This document shows positions 46,350 to 55,822 of a stretch of DNA of 64,000 bases, piece by piece (position 1 is the first letter of the stretch; each line of letters starts with the position of its first letter). The position numbers and the translations under genes were made by a program. Origin of the DNA: a virus; the IMG/VR virus record IMGVR_UViG_3300021185_001174, positions 1 to 64,000 of that record, one strand, 5' to 3'. Below the pieces are notes generated by a model. The model did not search any database and was not told the origin of the DNA. It saw nothing but the letters and a program-made list of their open reading frames with translations.

Positions 46350-46772
46350 TTATAAGTTTTTTACAGCATTTCCGCCTAATCTTATCTGAATAATACCATT
46401 ATAGTAATCATCAGTAAGTAATACATCACGGTCAAACTGTTCTTTAGCCTCTAGGTAAGCGCATTCTCCCTTGGTCTTACATAGATGGATAATCTCTCTA
46501 TTAAAATTATCTTCTCCGTACTTATCTATATCTTCTTGCAGGTGTTTACTGGAACCCCAATACTTTCTCCAATCAGATTCGACCAAGAGTTTCTTACGGC
46601 GTTTTCTTTTCTTTGTTATGGGTAGAGTTTTCTGACTCCAAAAGAACTTCTTTCCAATATATTTCTGGCCTGTTGTCTTGTTCGTTATCAGATAAACAAA
46701 ACCGTACGCGTCTTTGGGATTGAAGTCTTCTGGAGTTAACCATTCTGTGCCTTGATAATGCCATTCGTTCAT
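46350..46772 (-). CDS. GIY-YIG domain protein (Seg-like catalytic domain only)
   Basis: YGFVYLITNKTTGQKYIGKK..YWGSS..REIIHLC..YLEAKEQF..YYN. Confidence 0.8.
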   Translation of the reverse strand: MNEWHYQGTEWLTPEDFNPKDAYGFVYLITNKTTGQKYIGKKFFWSQKTLPITKKRKRRKKLLVESDWRKYWGSSKHLQEDIDKYGEDNFNREIIHLCKTKGECAYLEAKEQFDRDVLLTDDYYNGIIQIRLGGNAVKNL

Positions 46773-46780
46773 ACTTATAT

Positions 46781-46951
46781 TTAGTAGTTAAAATTTAGTT
46801 CTGCAATCTCTTCAGATTCAGTTGCAGTACCACATATTGGACAATATACCGGTTTAGGTTTTTCTTCTTCTAAGAAATTTATTTGAGTTTTTGCATAACA
46901 CATTTCGCAGTTGTGTGTATACCAATGATTTGGGTCATGAGGACTAGACAT
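46781..46951 (-). CDS. Small zinc-ribbon protein (56 aa, not in track)
   Basis: MSSPHDPNHWYTHNCEMCYAK...PVYCPICGTATES...*; CxxC and CPxCG pairs. Confidence 0.7.
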   Translation of the reverse strand: MSSPHDPNHWYTHNCEMCYAKTQINFLEEEKPKPVYCPICGTATESEEIAELNFNY

Positions 46952-47198
46952 TGTTGGATACCCATTCTTTTAGTTCCTGAAATCCTCCGATATTATCTTC
47001 TTGGATTCGAATCTGTGGAAAGGTTCTTGCATCAGGAAAAGTTTGAAATAAGTCGTCCCTATTAAACTCTTTCCCTAGTGATTTATATACATAATTTAAT
47101 TTGTGTTCTGTTACTAAGTTTACTGCCATTACACAGTACGGGCAATTATCTTTACCCCATATTTCTATATTCAATTTACTACTCCATTGATTATCCAA
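46944..47198 (-). CDS. nrdC: Glutaredoxin (NrdC-like)
   Basis: CPYC active site, RTFPQI, IGGFQEL; next to nrdAB. Confidence 0.92.
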   Translation of the reverse strand: MDNQWSSKLNIEIWGKDNCPYCVMAVNLVTEHKLNYVYKSLGKEFNRDDLFQTFPDARTFPQIRIQEDNIGGFQELKEWVSNNV

Positions 47199-47365
47199 AA
47201 TGATAACAACATAAACCCAAACACTGCAACCTGTATGATTGCGGCCCAGAATATTTGCTTCATCGGATGTACTTCCGTTAATTTTTCTATAATGTCTTCA
47301 CTTGGTGAAAGATTTACCACCTGTAATACTTTTTCAGGTTTTGTAAACCATGGTATATGTATCAT
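47171..47365 (-). CDS. Small membrane protein
   Basis: C-terminal TM helix QIFWAAIIQVAVFGFMLLSFWII. Confidence 0.65.
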   Translation of the reverse strand: MIHIPWFTKPEKVLQVVNLSPSEDIIEKLTEVHPMKQIFWAAIIQVAVFGFMLLSFWIINGVVN

Positions 47366-48435
47366 AAACTCATTCCTGATAATGTTGACGAGTCAACATC
47401 TTGTTTTACCCCACCAGTTACATAAGAAGTTATTTCAGTTTCTTGTGGTGCCACTTGGACATTACCACCACCAATCCATTTCTCTGTCCATGGTAAAGGA
47501 TTCATTTTACTTACTGTATAAGGACATGGCAAACTTAGAGCCCTCATCCTTTTACAACCTATCCATTCTATATAGTCTTTTAGAATACTTGTGTTAAGAC
47601 CAATCATAGAACCATCTTTAAAGAGATAATCAGCCCACTGCTTTTCTTGTTCTATAACAGATTCAAATAATCTAACTGCATCAGGTTCCATTTCTTTTGC
47701 AATCTTTGCAAAGTCTTTATCTTCTTTTACTAGATTTTTTAACATAACTGTAGTAGACGCGAGGTGGACATTTTCATCACGTGCAATAAATTTAATAATC
47801 TTTGCATTACCTTCCATCTTTTTAAGTTCGGCGAATGCCCAACTACAAGCAAATGATACATAGAACCTAATACCCTCTAAAGCATTGGCACTTAACATAG
47901 CCATATATAGGGAACGCTTATGGTCCATCTTATTAGTTGGGCCATGGTTTGCATCTATTAAGTCATCATAGTATCGTGCGATGTCTTTACCACAATCAAG
48001 TATTTCTTTTACATCTAAGAGACCATCAAATATAATAGAAGGATTACTATAGATGTTTCTAATAATATGAGTATAGCTTCTGCTGTGGATAGTCTCAAAG
48101 AAAGACCAGGTTTCAATCCAGTTTTCAACTTCTGGTAACGAAGCGATAGGTAAGAAAGCCATATTAGGAGCTCTACCCTGAACAGAATCAAGTAGAATTT
48201 GCCTTTTAAGGTTAGATGTGAAAATATGTTGTTCATGTTCAGTAAGTCCTTCAAAGTCTTTTTTATCTTTTGAAATATCTACCTCTTCGGGTCTCCAAAA
48301 GAATCCAAGTTGTTTTTCTGTAATCTTATCTAGTTGTGGATATTTTAATATATCAAATCTTTGGACATCCACTGCCTCATCCAAAAACATATTTTTATCC
48401 ATATGGGATTTTCTATTCTTCTTCAATACTGCCAT
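47362..48435 (-). CDS. nrdB: Ribonucleotide reductase class Ia beta subunit
   Basis: FFWRPEEV, QILLDSVQG, FETIHSRSY, LEGIRFYVSF, IARDENVH, VAPQETEI. Confidence 0.97.
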   Translation of the reverse strand: MAVLKKNRKSHMDKNMFLDEAVDVQRFDILKYPQLDKITEKQLGFFWRPEEVDISKDKKDFEGLTEHEQHIFTSNLKRQILLDSVQGRAPNMAFLPIASLPEVENWIETWSFFETIHSRSYTHIIRNIYSNPSIIFDGLLDVKEILDCGKDIARYYDDLIDANHGPTNKMDHKRSLYMAMLSANALEGIRFYVSFACSWAFAELKKMEGNAKIIKFIARDENVHLASTTVMLKNLVKEDKDFAKIAKEMEPDAVRLFESVIEQEKQWADYLFKDGSMIGLNTSILKDYIEWIGCKRMRALSLPCPYTVSKMNPLPWTEKWIGGGNVQVAPQETEITSYVTGGVKQDVDSSTLSGMSL

Positions 48436-48586
48436 TCACTTTTCCTTTTTTTCTAAATCTTTTATTATAACCTTTTTTAATACTCTTAGTAACACCCGGC
48501 TTTGATAAATAACAATAAAAATTACGAGCACTAGTTAGAGCATCCCATTCAGCCCCACCCTTTAAGGGGATTCTTTCTTTCTTCAT
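48413..48586 (-). CDS. Small basic protein between nrdA and nrdB (57 aa, not in track)
   Basis: MKKERIPLKGGAEWDALTSARNFYCYLSKPGVTKSIKKGYNKRFRKK...*; its start overlaps the nrdA stop (ATGA). Confidence 0.65.
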   Translation of the reverse strand: MKKERIPLKGGAEWDALTSARNFYCYLSKPGVTKSIKKGYNKRFRKKGKVNGSIEEE

Positions 48587-50883
48587 ATCTTACAACTATC
48601 GCAATCATCTTCATCAATGATTGTCTGTTCTAATTCTGGCAGTTCTTCTTTCATTTCTCCAGACCCATCATAAGTATTAAAGTAATATAGTTGTTTTAAT
48701 CCATACTTATACGCTGTTACTAAATCTTGCAACATGACTGACATAGGTATTTTATTATCCTCATAATGTTCTGGGTTGTAAGAAGTATTAACACTAATAC
48801 CCTGGTCAACATACTTCTGTAAGATAGCACATATCTTAAGATAACCATCTGGAGATTTCTGGTCCCATAGTAGGTCATATTTATTTCTAAGATAATGATA
48901 ACCAGGTACTACTTGGGCCAGAACCCCATCTTTACTTTGTTTGTACGATACTAAAGCACGAGGTGGTTCAATACCATTCGTACTATTAGAGATTTGTGCA
49001 GATGTTTCAGCCGGCATTAATGCCATGAGAGTACTATTCCGAATACCCGTGGTTTTGAGTTGAGTTCTCAGCTCGTCCCAAGGTAGTCTTTCTTTATGCT
49101 CTATTAAATTATCTACTGCACTCTTATATGTATAATTAGGAGTATCTCCAAATGCGTATTTTGTCTGATTATTTAAAGGTATTTTACCTTTTTCTTTGGC
49201 TAAATTAGCAGATGCCTTAATAAGATAGTAACTCCATGCCTCTGCATATTCATCTACTACTTCAAATGCACCTTCATCATACTTAAGACCACGTTTGGCT
49301 AAGAAGTATGCCAGATTAATAATACCAATACCTAATGGTCTTCGGTTCATAGTAGAGATTTCTGCGGCCGGAATAGGATAGTCTTGGTAATCTAATAGCT
49401 CATCTAAGGCCCTTACAGATAAATCACACCACTTCTCAAATTCTTTTGGGTCACTAATTAAACCCCAATTAATTGCTGATAGAGTACAAAGAGAAATTTC
49501 TCCCTCTTTATCATTAATATCATTAAGTGGTTTAGTCGGTAGATTAATTTCACAACAAAGATTAGATTGTTTAATAGGTGCCTCTTCTGCAATAAAAGAA
49601 CCATGGTCATTTGCATGGTCAACATTCATTACATATATTCTACCAGTATCTTTTCTTTCTGTAAGTAATTTTTGGAATACTTCTAGTGCTGGTATTGTTT
49701 TCTTGCGAATAGAATATGCTCTTTCATACTTCTCATAAAGTTCTTTAAATTTATCTTGGTCATCAAAAAATGCTTCGTATAACCCTGGTACTTCATTAGG
49801 GTCGAATAGCGTGATGTTCCCACCTGATAGTAGTCTTTCATACATTAACTTGTTAAGTTGGAATGCATAGTCCATATGACGGACTCTATTCTCTTCAGTA
49901 CCTTTATTATTCTTTAATACTACTAGGTCTTCAAATTCATAATGCCATATAGGTAGATAAACTGTAGCCGCTCCACCTCTAACTCCACCTTGACTACAAG
50001 ACTTAACTGCAGACTGAAAGTATTTTAGAAATGGGATGAGACCAGTATGAACTACCGAACCATCACCAACTCTGGCACCTTCTGCTCGTATCTGTCCTGC
50101 ATTAATTCCAATACCAGCCTTTTTACTAATATATTTTACTATGGATGATGCAGTAGAATTGATACTATCAAGATTATCATCAGATTCGATAAGCACACAA
50201 CTTGAAAACTGACGGGTCGTTGTACGAACTCCAGCCATGATAGGCGTAGGTAATGAAATATAGAATAGAGAAATTGCATCATAATAATCCTTAACAAACT
50301 TTAATCGGGTTTCTTGTGGGTAATTACTAAAGAGTGTTGCCGATACCATCATATATAACATCTGAGGTGTCTCGTAATGTTCTTTAGTCTTTCTGTCTTG
50401 TACTAGATACTTACCTCTAAATTGTTCCATACCTGCGTATGTAAAGGTATCATCACGTTCATGTTTAATATAAGAACCCAATTCATCTAGCTCTTCTTCA
50501 GTATATTTTACTAATATACCAGCATCATAAACACCACTTGATACATTATGTGCAATTAGTTGTTTAAGTGGCCATGGAGTATATTCTCCGTAGACTTCTT
50601 TTCTTAATTTATATGAAATTAACCTAGCTGCAACGAACTGGTAATTAGGGGTGTGTTCAGATATGAGTTCTGCAGCAGACTTAATAAGTAACTCATGTAT
50701 ATCATATGCTGGAATTTTGTCATAGAGCTGAATGTTTGATTTCAGTTCTATCTCCGACATTGATACACCAGATATACCATCTGTTGCCCATTCTAGTACT
50801 TTATGTACTTTCTCTAAATCGAATTCTTGGCTGTCGCCATTTCTCTTTGTAACCTTAATGGTCATATTATTTGTGCCTATCAT
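48583..50883 (-). CDS. nrdA: Ribonucleotide reductase class Ia alpha subunit with ATP cone
   Basis: VTKRNG ATP cone, LPTPIMAG, FSSCVL, QGGVRGGA, QSNLCCEI, LMPAETSA, LYYFNT, C-terminal CDSCKI. Confidence 0.98.
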   Translation of the reverse strand: MIGTNNMTIKVTKRNGDSQEFDLEKVHKVLEWATDGISGVSMSEIELKSNIQLYDKIPAYDIHELLIKSAAELISEHTPNYQFVAARLISYKLRKEVYGEYTPWPLKQLIAHNVSSGVYDAGILVKYTEEELDELGSYIKHERDDTFTYAGMEQFRGKYLVQDRKTKEHYETPQMLYMMVSATLFSNYPQETRLKFVKDYYDAISLFYISLPTPIMAGVRTTTRQFSSCVLIESDDNLDSINSTASSIVKYISKKAGIGINAGQIRAEGARVGDGSVVHTGLIPFLKYFQSAVKSCSQGGVRGGAATVYLPIWHYEFEDLVVLKNNKGTEENRVRHMDYAFQLNKLMYERLLSGGNITLFDPNEVPGLYEAFFDDQDKFKELYEKYERAYSIRKKTIPALEVFQKLLTERKDTGRIYVMNVDHANDHGSFIAEEAPIKQSNLCCEINLPTKPLNDINDKEGEISLCTLSAINWGLISDPKEFEKWCDLSVRALDELLDYQDYPIPAAEISTMNRRPLGIGIINLAYFLAKRGLKYDEGAFEVVDEYAEAWSYYLIKASANLAKEKGKIPLNNQTKYAFGDTPNYTYKSAVDNLIEHKERLPWDELRTQLKTTGIRNSTLMALMPAETSAQISNSTNGIEPPRALVSYKQSKDGVLAQVVPGYHYLRNKYDLLWDQKSPDGYLKICAILQKYVDQGISVNTSYNPEHYEDNKIPMSVMLQDLVTAYKYGLKQLYYFNTYDGSGEMKEELPELEQTIIDEDDCDSCKI

Positions 50884-50909
50884 TATGTTTCTCGGTTTTA
50901 ATAGTATAT

Positions 50910-50938
50910 ATTATACTACACTTTACGTGCAATGTAAA
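50910..50938 (-). promoter_or_regulatory. Sigma70-type early promoter (nrdA)
   Basis: TTTACA-17-TATAAT with AAGTGTAG. Confidence 0.8.
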
Positions 50939-50951
50939 CAATTAATTACTA

Positions 50952-51326
50952 TTATTTTTTATTTTTTGAGAGATGTTTTACTATTTCTTTAGAATGTATT
51001 TCGGTAAGAGTTAATAAATCCTCTTCAATACCTTCTATTCTATCCATCAGCTCAGGGTATACATCAAACTCATGTAGTTCTTTACATGGGTGTGAATTGG
51101 CCTCAAGGGCATCTAATCTCTCTGCTACGAGAGGGAATTGTTTACGAAATTTTGAATCCTTTTTAATTAGTTCTAGTTCGTATTTTTTGGCGAAGTACTC
51201 CATGTATCTATCAACTTGTGCTTGGAACCAGATACCAACTTTAGTATCTTGAAACCATTTATAGAATGAACTACCAATAATTGATGATAGAATGGACTTT
51301 AAGCTGAGTATGATTAACCAGTGCAT
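50952..51326 (-). CDS. Hypothetical protein with a hydrophobic N-terminus
   Basis: ORF track; last gene of the late block. Confidence 0.65.
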   Translation of the reverse strand: MHWLIILSLKSILSSIIGSSFYKWFQDTKVGIWFQAQVDRYMEYFAKKYELELIKKDSKFRKQFPLVAERLDALEANSHPCKELHEFDVYPELMDRIEGIEEDLLTLTEIHSKEIVKHLSKNKK

Positions 51327-51328
51327 AA

Positions 51329-52132
51329 CTACACCTTTTTCTTACTTAGCTTTTTAATCGCATGTACATAGTTAGGCATTCCGTGGTCTACAACTCCATC
51401 AAAGAATTTAAATCTTTTCCATGAGTTAAATATACCATAGAAGAAATCGGACCAAGTAGACTTAGGTGCGTGCTCACCATGTCTATCAAAGTAAATCATT
51501 TCGCCGTGGTGTCTGAATCCTAGCCATGCTGGTGGGATTCTACATACTATATCATTATTATTCATAAATCTATAGTGGTCACATTTTATATTCTTAATAA
51601 ATCTTTTACCACCCACTCTTGGTGAACCGAATGTGAAGAGTTCTTGAGGTTTATATCTAGTAGAACTAATTGTTGCCATAGCAGCACCTAGTGAATGTCC
51701 TGTAAAGTATACATCTTTTCTTACTTTTAGTTGGTCATTATGTTCTAGTTCTTTTACTATGTCCATCCATAAATCATCTACTTCTTGTTGGAACCCACCA
51801 TGTACTTTACCACCTGCCATCGCAGAATTCTTAAATACTTTTAAGTCTGCCATAACATCATTGAGTTTACTTGGTTCAGTTCCTCTAAATGCAAACCATA
51901 AATCGTTTCTATCTTTAGCGATAAGTACTTCAGCACCATCCTTAGATATTAACTTAACCCATGCAAAGCCAAGTTTCTTAGCTGCAGTGATTGCTGGTTT
52001 TTCGTTCATATATGCAATTGCGGATAACTTTGCGGCTATTACTGCCCTATCCCATTTACTCCCTTCTTTCATTCTAGTCGTTGCCATTTTCATTCTCCAC
52101 TTTAATTTCAACTGCTCCAGCATCTTCATCAT
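51329..52132 (-). CDS. Class 3 lipase / alpha-beta hydrolase (probable start MATTRM, about 52087)
   Basis: AFRGTE, VHGGF, FTGHSLGAAMA (GxSxG), TFGSPRVG, NNNDIVCRIP, DHGM. Confidence 0.9.
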   Translation of the reverse strand: MMKMLEQLKLKWRMKMATTRMKEGSKWDRAVIAAKLSAIAYMNEKPAITAAKKLGFAWVKLISKDGAEVLIAKDRNDLWFAFRGTEPSKLNDVMADLKVFKNSAMAGGKVHGGFQQEVDDLWMDIVKELEHNDQLKVRKDVYFTGHSLGAAMATISSTRYKPQELFTFGSPRVGGKRFIKNIKCDHYRFMNNNDIVCRIPPAWLGFRHHGEMIYFDRHGEHAPKSTWSDFFYGIFNSWKRFKFFDGVVDHGMPNYVHAIKKLSKKKV

Positions 52133-52577
52133 TTATCGTTACATTCCTATAGTAAACTATCACCTCACCGAGCTGATTAATATATCTTTTAATTTCCTGA
52201 GTATTATAAGCCATTAACTCATAATCATCAGCTGTCATTGCAAAGAATACTATATCTCCGCCATGTTTCTTTTTAATATCATCTATAAACCTATCGAGAT
52301 ATGTATACCCCTCTGGATATAAATCTTCTCTACCTAATTTGCAATCTGTTTCTTTAGTTTCTGGATTCTTTAAACAGTTTTCAATAATTCTAGTATCTGA
52401 TACCACATACCATTTAGGTTCTTTTAAGTCTATTGCTCTAGGCATTACAGGCTGAACAATATCTATCTTAATAGGTTTAGTTATAATTTCTACTTCGCGA
52501 GGAGGCTTCTGGAGAAGCGCACATCCACTAGTTAGTATTGAGAGCGCTAATGCGCTGACTATCAGCTTCAATTGCAT
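52074..52577 (-). CDS. Outer-membrane lipoprotein, o-spanin (Rz1)-like
   Basis: Lipobox LTSGC, Pro-rich stretch, then a helical C-terminus; overlaps the end of the upstream TM/coiled-coil gene. Confidence 0.7.
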   Translation of the reverse strand: MQLKLIVSALALSILTSGCALLQKPPREVEIITKPIKIDIVQPVMPRAIDLKEPKWYVVSDTRIIENCLKNPETKETDCKLGREDLYPEGYTYLDRFIDDIKKKHGGDIVFFAMTADDYELMAYNTQEIKRYINQLGEVIVYYRNVTINDEDAGAVEIKVENENGND

Positions 52578-52923
52578 CGAATGCCTCCTTCGTTCTAATA
52601 TTGGCCCTAGTCTCTATAAGACCAGGTTTTGCACTTGCTAACTTTGATAAGTTATGGCGTCTGAATATATCTAAGTATTCAGCCATCTGTGCTTCTATTT
52701 GTTGATTTTCTGTTTGTAACCCAGAAAGGGCTTTAGTTGTGGTCGCAAGATTATTCTGAATTGCCCGAATGGCGTCTCTCTGTTCTTGGTCTCTTAGGTC
52801 TTGAGCAACAATTATTTTTGTTTGTTCCTCAATCTTGTTCTTCATAGGAACTACTGATAGGTTATAATATAAGGTACATGATAATCCCATAGCAAAAATA
52901 ATTCCCAACCAAATCTTTGTCAT
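52528..52923 (-). CDS. Inner-membrane spanin (Rz)-like
   Basis: N-terminal TM helix followed by a long coiled coil; paired with the lipoprotein gene. Confidence 0.7.
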   Translation of the reverse strand: MTKIWLGIIFAMGLSCTLYYNLSVVPMKNKIEEQTKIIVAQDLRDQEQRDAIRAIQNNLATTTKALSGLQTENQQIEAQMAEYLDIFRRHNLSKLASAKPGLIETRANIRTKEAFDAIEADSQRISALNTN

Positions 52924-52937
52924 AATAATCTCTCTTT

Positions 52938-53183
52938 CTACTTAGTCTCTATTGTTTTTAAATGTAACTTCTGAGCCTGTAGTTCTTTCTTAGCTTCATT
53001 AGCCTTTTTACGAGCTAACATTCTTTCTACGAATTTTCTACCTTCTTTAGTTCGGCCATCGTATACTCTTTTCTTATGTTTCTTATGTTGAGCTGGAGTC
53101 ATAGCATCTGAGGGCATTGAAACTCCTCCACCTGCTACTGAATTAGCTGCTGCATCTTCCCATATATCTTTAAAACTTTTCAT
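52938..53183 (-). CDS. Small protein with CTS-like N-terminus
   Basis: MKSFKDIWED; YDGRTKEGRKFVERM. Confidence 0.7.
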   Translation of the reverse strand: MKSFKDIWEDAAANSVAGGGVSMPSDAMTPAQHKKHKKRVYDGRTKEGRKFVERMLARKKANEAKKELQAQKLHLKTIETK

Positions 53184-53758
53184 CTTTTTATATTCCTGTT
53201 ACTTATATATATCTTCTGTGCAGTTTGAACATGATGCACTTCATATATATTTTGGTTAAAGAATGAACCAACTGGTTCTAAAAACTCATCAACCTTTACT
53301 TTAGTTTTTGACCGTGCAATAATTTCACCCGTAATAGGTGATGCAATGTCTTCTGATAATATATAAACACCTGGTCTCAATTTATTATCTTCTTGAAACC
53401 AAGTTGACTCTTCTAAGATATCATCTTCAAAGTCGCCAATTACTTTAGTAAGAACCTTCTTAATTGATTCTTCTGACATACCAGTTTCTTCTTTAATAAG
53501 AAAGAGAGCTGCGGCATAACTGGCTAGTTTACTTTTACCAAATGGTAACTTACCTAATACTCTCTTAATATTAAATACTAATCTATGGAAAACTGTATAT
53601 GAACTTTTTTCTTCTGGAGTTGTAGCCTTCTTTAACTTCTTACCATTTTCATCTACTAACCCCATTTCAAAGGCTTTAGACTTTTCCCACGGCGTAGTTA
53701 GCAGCCTTAAGAACCTAAAGGCATATACTAAATCACCAGCTCTGGATAAAACTCCCAT
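53180..53758 (-). CDS. Conserved hypothetical protein of marine T4-like phages
   Basis: DLVYAFRFLRLLTTPWEK..YTVFHRLVFNIKR..ASYAAALFLIKE. Confidence 0.78.
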   Translation of the reverse strand: MGVLSRAGDLVYAFRFLRLLTTPWEKSKAFEMGLVDENGKKLKKATTPEEKSSYTVFHRLVFNIKRVLGKLPFGKSKLASYAAALFLIKEETGMSEESIKKVLTKVIGDFEDDILEESTWFQEDNKLRPGVYILSEDIASPITGEIIARSKTKVKVDEFLEPVGSFFNQNIYEVHHVQTAQKIYISNRNIKR

Positions 53759-54130
53759 TTAAATTTCCCTTAACTTCTTTATAATAAATGGGTCCATTGG
53801 AATATTAACCCATTCATCTTCTTTTAAATAATTTAAAAATACTAAAAATGGTTTAAGATAGGGATAGTGTATCTCCTCTACCTTAAACTCAATCATTTTA
53901 TTCGCATTCTGTATACCAAATACATTATATAAGACTATTAAATGATTTAAGATTAACCTTTCTTGTAGGTCATCGTGCATCTCATATCTACTTAACAGTC
54001 TTTTAATATATTTAAATCTATTTAAGTCCTCTTCAAATTCTTCTACTTCAATACATTCTGGATTGTCATAGTTATTCATTGCAAAGAGCTTAAAATTCTT
54101 ATTCGTCAATGTATCAAATATTTTCATCAT
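53759..54130 (-). CDS. Conserved hypothetical protein of T4-like phages
   Basis: FAMNNYDNPEC..EDLNRFKYIKRLL..RLILNHLIVLYNVFG. Confidence 0.8.
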   Translation of the reverse strand: MMKIFDTLTNKNFKLFAMNNYDNPECIEVEEFEEDLNRFKYIKRLLSRYEMHDDLQERLILNHLIVLYNVFGIQNANKMIEFKVEEIHYPYLKPFLVFLNYLKEDEWVNIPMDPFIIKKLREI

Positions 54131-54162
54131 ATATTATATATACTTCCAAAAAAGGCCAGTAG

Positions 54163-55248
54163 TTACTTATTCAAAGTTGGTCCGTATACCTTAGCCTTAT
54201 ATTTTTTAACAATCTTTTGTACATTTCTATCAGCAAGAAACTTAGTTAAAGAAGCTTCATCGCCGTAAAATTCTAAAGACGCTGGAGCAGAAGAACCACC
54301 ATCAAAGCTAGTTACATGCATTTTTTTAATTTTACCAATTAGTTTATCCATCTGATCCATTTCGGCTTTAGTAAATCCAAAATCATCATTAAACTTATTA
54401 GAACTATTACCTTTAACTACTTCAATAGATGCTCTAGCTTCGAAGCCTCTACGATTTCTATCTTTATAGTTTTTCATGTCTCTAACATCTTCTTGGACAT
54501 CTTCATTCTTTGCTTTATAGTTCTTGTCTACATAGTTAAAGAATTCTTTTCTTTTTTCTTTATCTAATTCAGCAGGTGATTCTGCACCAAACTTCTTAAG
54601 TGCTTTGGCAAAGAACTCTTTATACTTCTCTTCTTCAGAAAGTTCTGGCTTGGATTCTTTAACTTCCATAATTTTACTAGCTTTAGAACCTAGTAGATTT
54701 TTTAAATCATATCTTAAATCGGAAATAGGGTCTTTACCATAAGTACTCTTAGTTGCAGTCTTTGTACTATACTGTGACATTGCCTTTGGATTCCAATCAT
54801 CTACTGCGGCAAAAAGACTATTTAAAAGTTCAGTGTAATCCTTTTCTTTATTAGTACCCTTAAATTGTTTTTCCATTTTTTCTAGTTCTGCTAAAGCTTT
54901 TTCCCATGAACTTTTACTCTTAACAGAATTTTTATTAATAATGGCTTCTTTAACTACTGTGCCATCCATATCTTTTTCACCAGACGTTTTAACTTTATGC
55001 AAAGCTTTAAAATCTTTCTCACCTTTTGCTCTAGGCTCTTCAGGCGATTCATTCTTTGGTTTATCGTGAGTATAACCCTTATCTGATAGTTCTTTATGGT
55101 CTTTCTCAGTTTTAGCTACTTTCTTCTCACCAGTTTCGGGATGAAACATATCGTGAGGATATTTAGCCTCTTCTTTTTTTATTCTACCCTCTACTACGTC
55201 CATCACAGTCGCAGCAATGTCTAGGGTTGCTTGGTCATTAATTTTCAT
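54163..55248 (-). CDS. Charged modular protein, probable internal head/core protein
   Basis: Lys/Glu-rich; modules YPHDMFHPETG and FFAKALKKFGAESPAEL..KKEFFNYVDKNY. Confidence 0.65.
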   Translation of the reverse strand: MKINDQATLDIAATVMDVVEGRIKKEEAKYPHDMFHPETGEKKVAKTEKDHKELSDKGYTHDKPKNESPEEPRAKGEKDFKALHKVKTSGEKDMDGTVVKEAIINKNSVKSKSSWEKALAELEKMEKQFKGTNKEKDYTELLNSLFAAVDDWNPKAMSQYSTKTATKSTYGKDPISDLRYDLKNLLGSKASKIMEVKESKPELSEEEKYKEFFAKALKKFGAESPAELDKEKRKEFFNYVDKNYKAKNEDVQEDVRDMKNYKDRNRRGFEARASIEVVKGNSSNKFNDDFGFTKAEMDQMDKLIGKIKKMHVTSFDGGSSAPASLEFYGDEASLTKFLADRNVQKIVKKYKAKVYGPTLNK

Positions 55249-55257
55249 ATTATTCTC

Positions 55258-55557
55258 CTAAGTTATGAAAAGCATTCCTGTAATCCCTGTGGCTGCTGCC
55301 GCTATGATTATCCAGAATAATTTATTAATTATCGTTACGGTTGATGCATTGTCTCTTACCAATGTATCTAGTTTATCTACTCTATTTATAAGAGATAGAA
55401 TCTGTTCACCTTGTTGTTTACCGAATTCGGTCAACGTAATGATTTTTTCTTCTGCCCGAGCGAGGGCTATAATTGCGTCCGACATCTGATCAATCTTGGT
55501 TTCGATTCTATCCAGTCGTGCGGCTTGTTCTGCTCTTTGTTCAGCTGCTGTCGCCAT
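55258..55557 (-). CDS. Coiled-coil protein with C-terminal TM (XhlA/holin-like)
   Basis: RLDRIETKIDQM coiled coil, then LFWIIIAAAATGITGMLF. Confidence 0.65.
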   Translation of the reverse strand: MATAAEQRAEQAARLDRIETKIDQMSDAIIALARAEEKIITLTEFGKQQGEQILSLINRVDKLDTLVRDNASTVTIINKLFWIIIAAAATGITGMLFIT

Positions 55558-55822
55558 GTTTATAAACCCTGCATTTTAGGGGAGTAGCCCCTTTAATTAA
55601 CCTATGGTATTCTTCTTTCTTAATATCAAATACCATTCCTTTTTTAAGGAGCCAAGGTAGACATTTCTGTAACTGAATCTGCCAACCTTCTCCTTCTAGT
55701 ATCTCTATTTCTCTATCTTCCATATCACGATGCCAAACATACTCAGCATCATCTATAGAGGGGTCGAATGTTCTAACCTCTCCATCTTCCCAGTACGGTT
55801 TACCAAAAGTAATTTCCACCAC
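55541..55822 (-). CDS. Small cupin-like protein
   Basis: YVWHRDMEDREIEILEGEGWQIQ..EYHRLIKG. Confidence 0.7.
   Translation of the reverse strand: MVEITFGKPYWEDGEVRTFDPSIDDAEYVWHRDMEDREIEILEGEGWQIQLQKCLPWLLKKGMVFDIKKEEYHRLIKGATPLKCRVYKHGDSS

Noticed and set aside
46350-46772. Mobile homing endonuclease or intron
   Set aside because: Only the short catalytic domain is present, free-standing, with no interrupted host gene.
47362-50883. Introns or inteins in nrdA/nrdB
   Set aside because: Both ORFs are continuous and of normal length.
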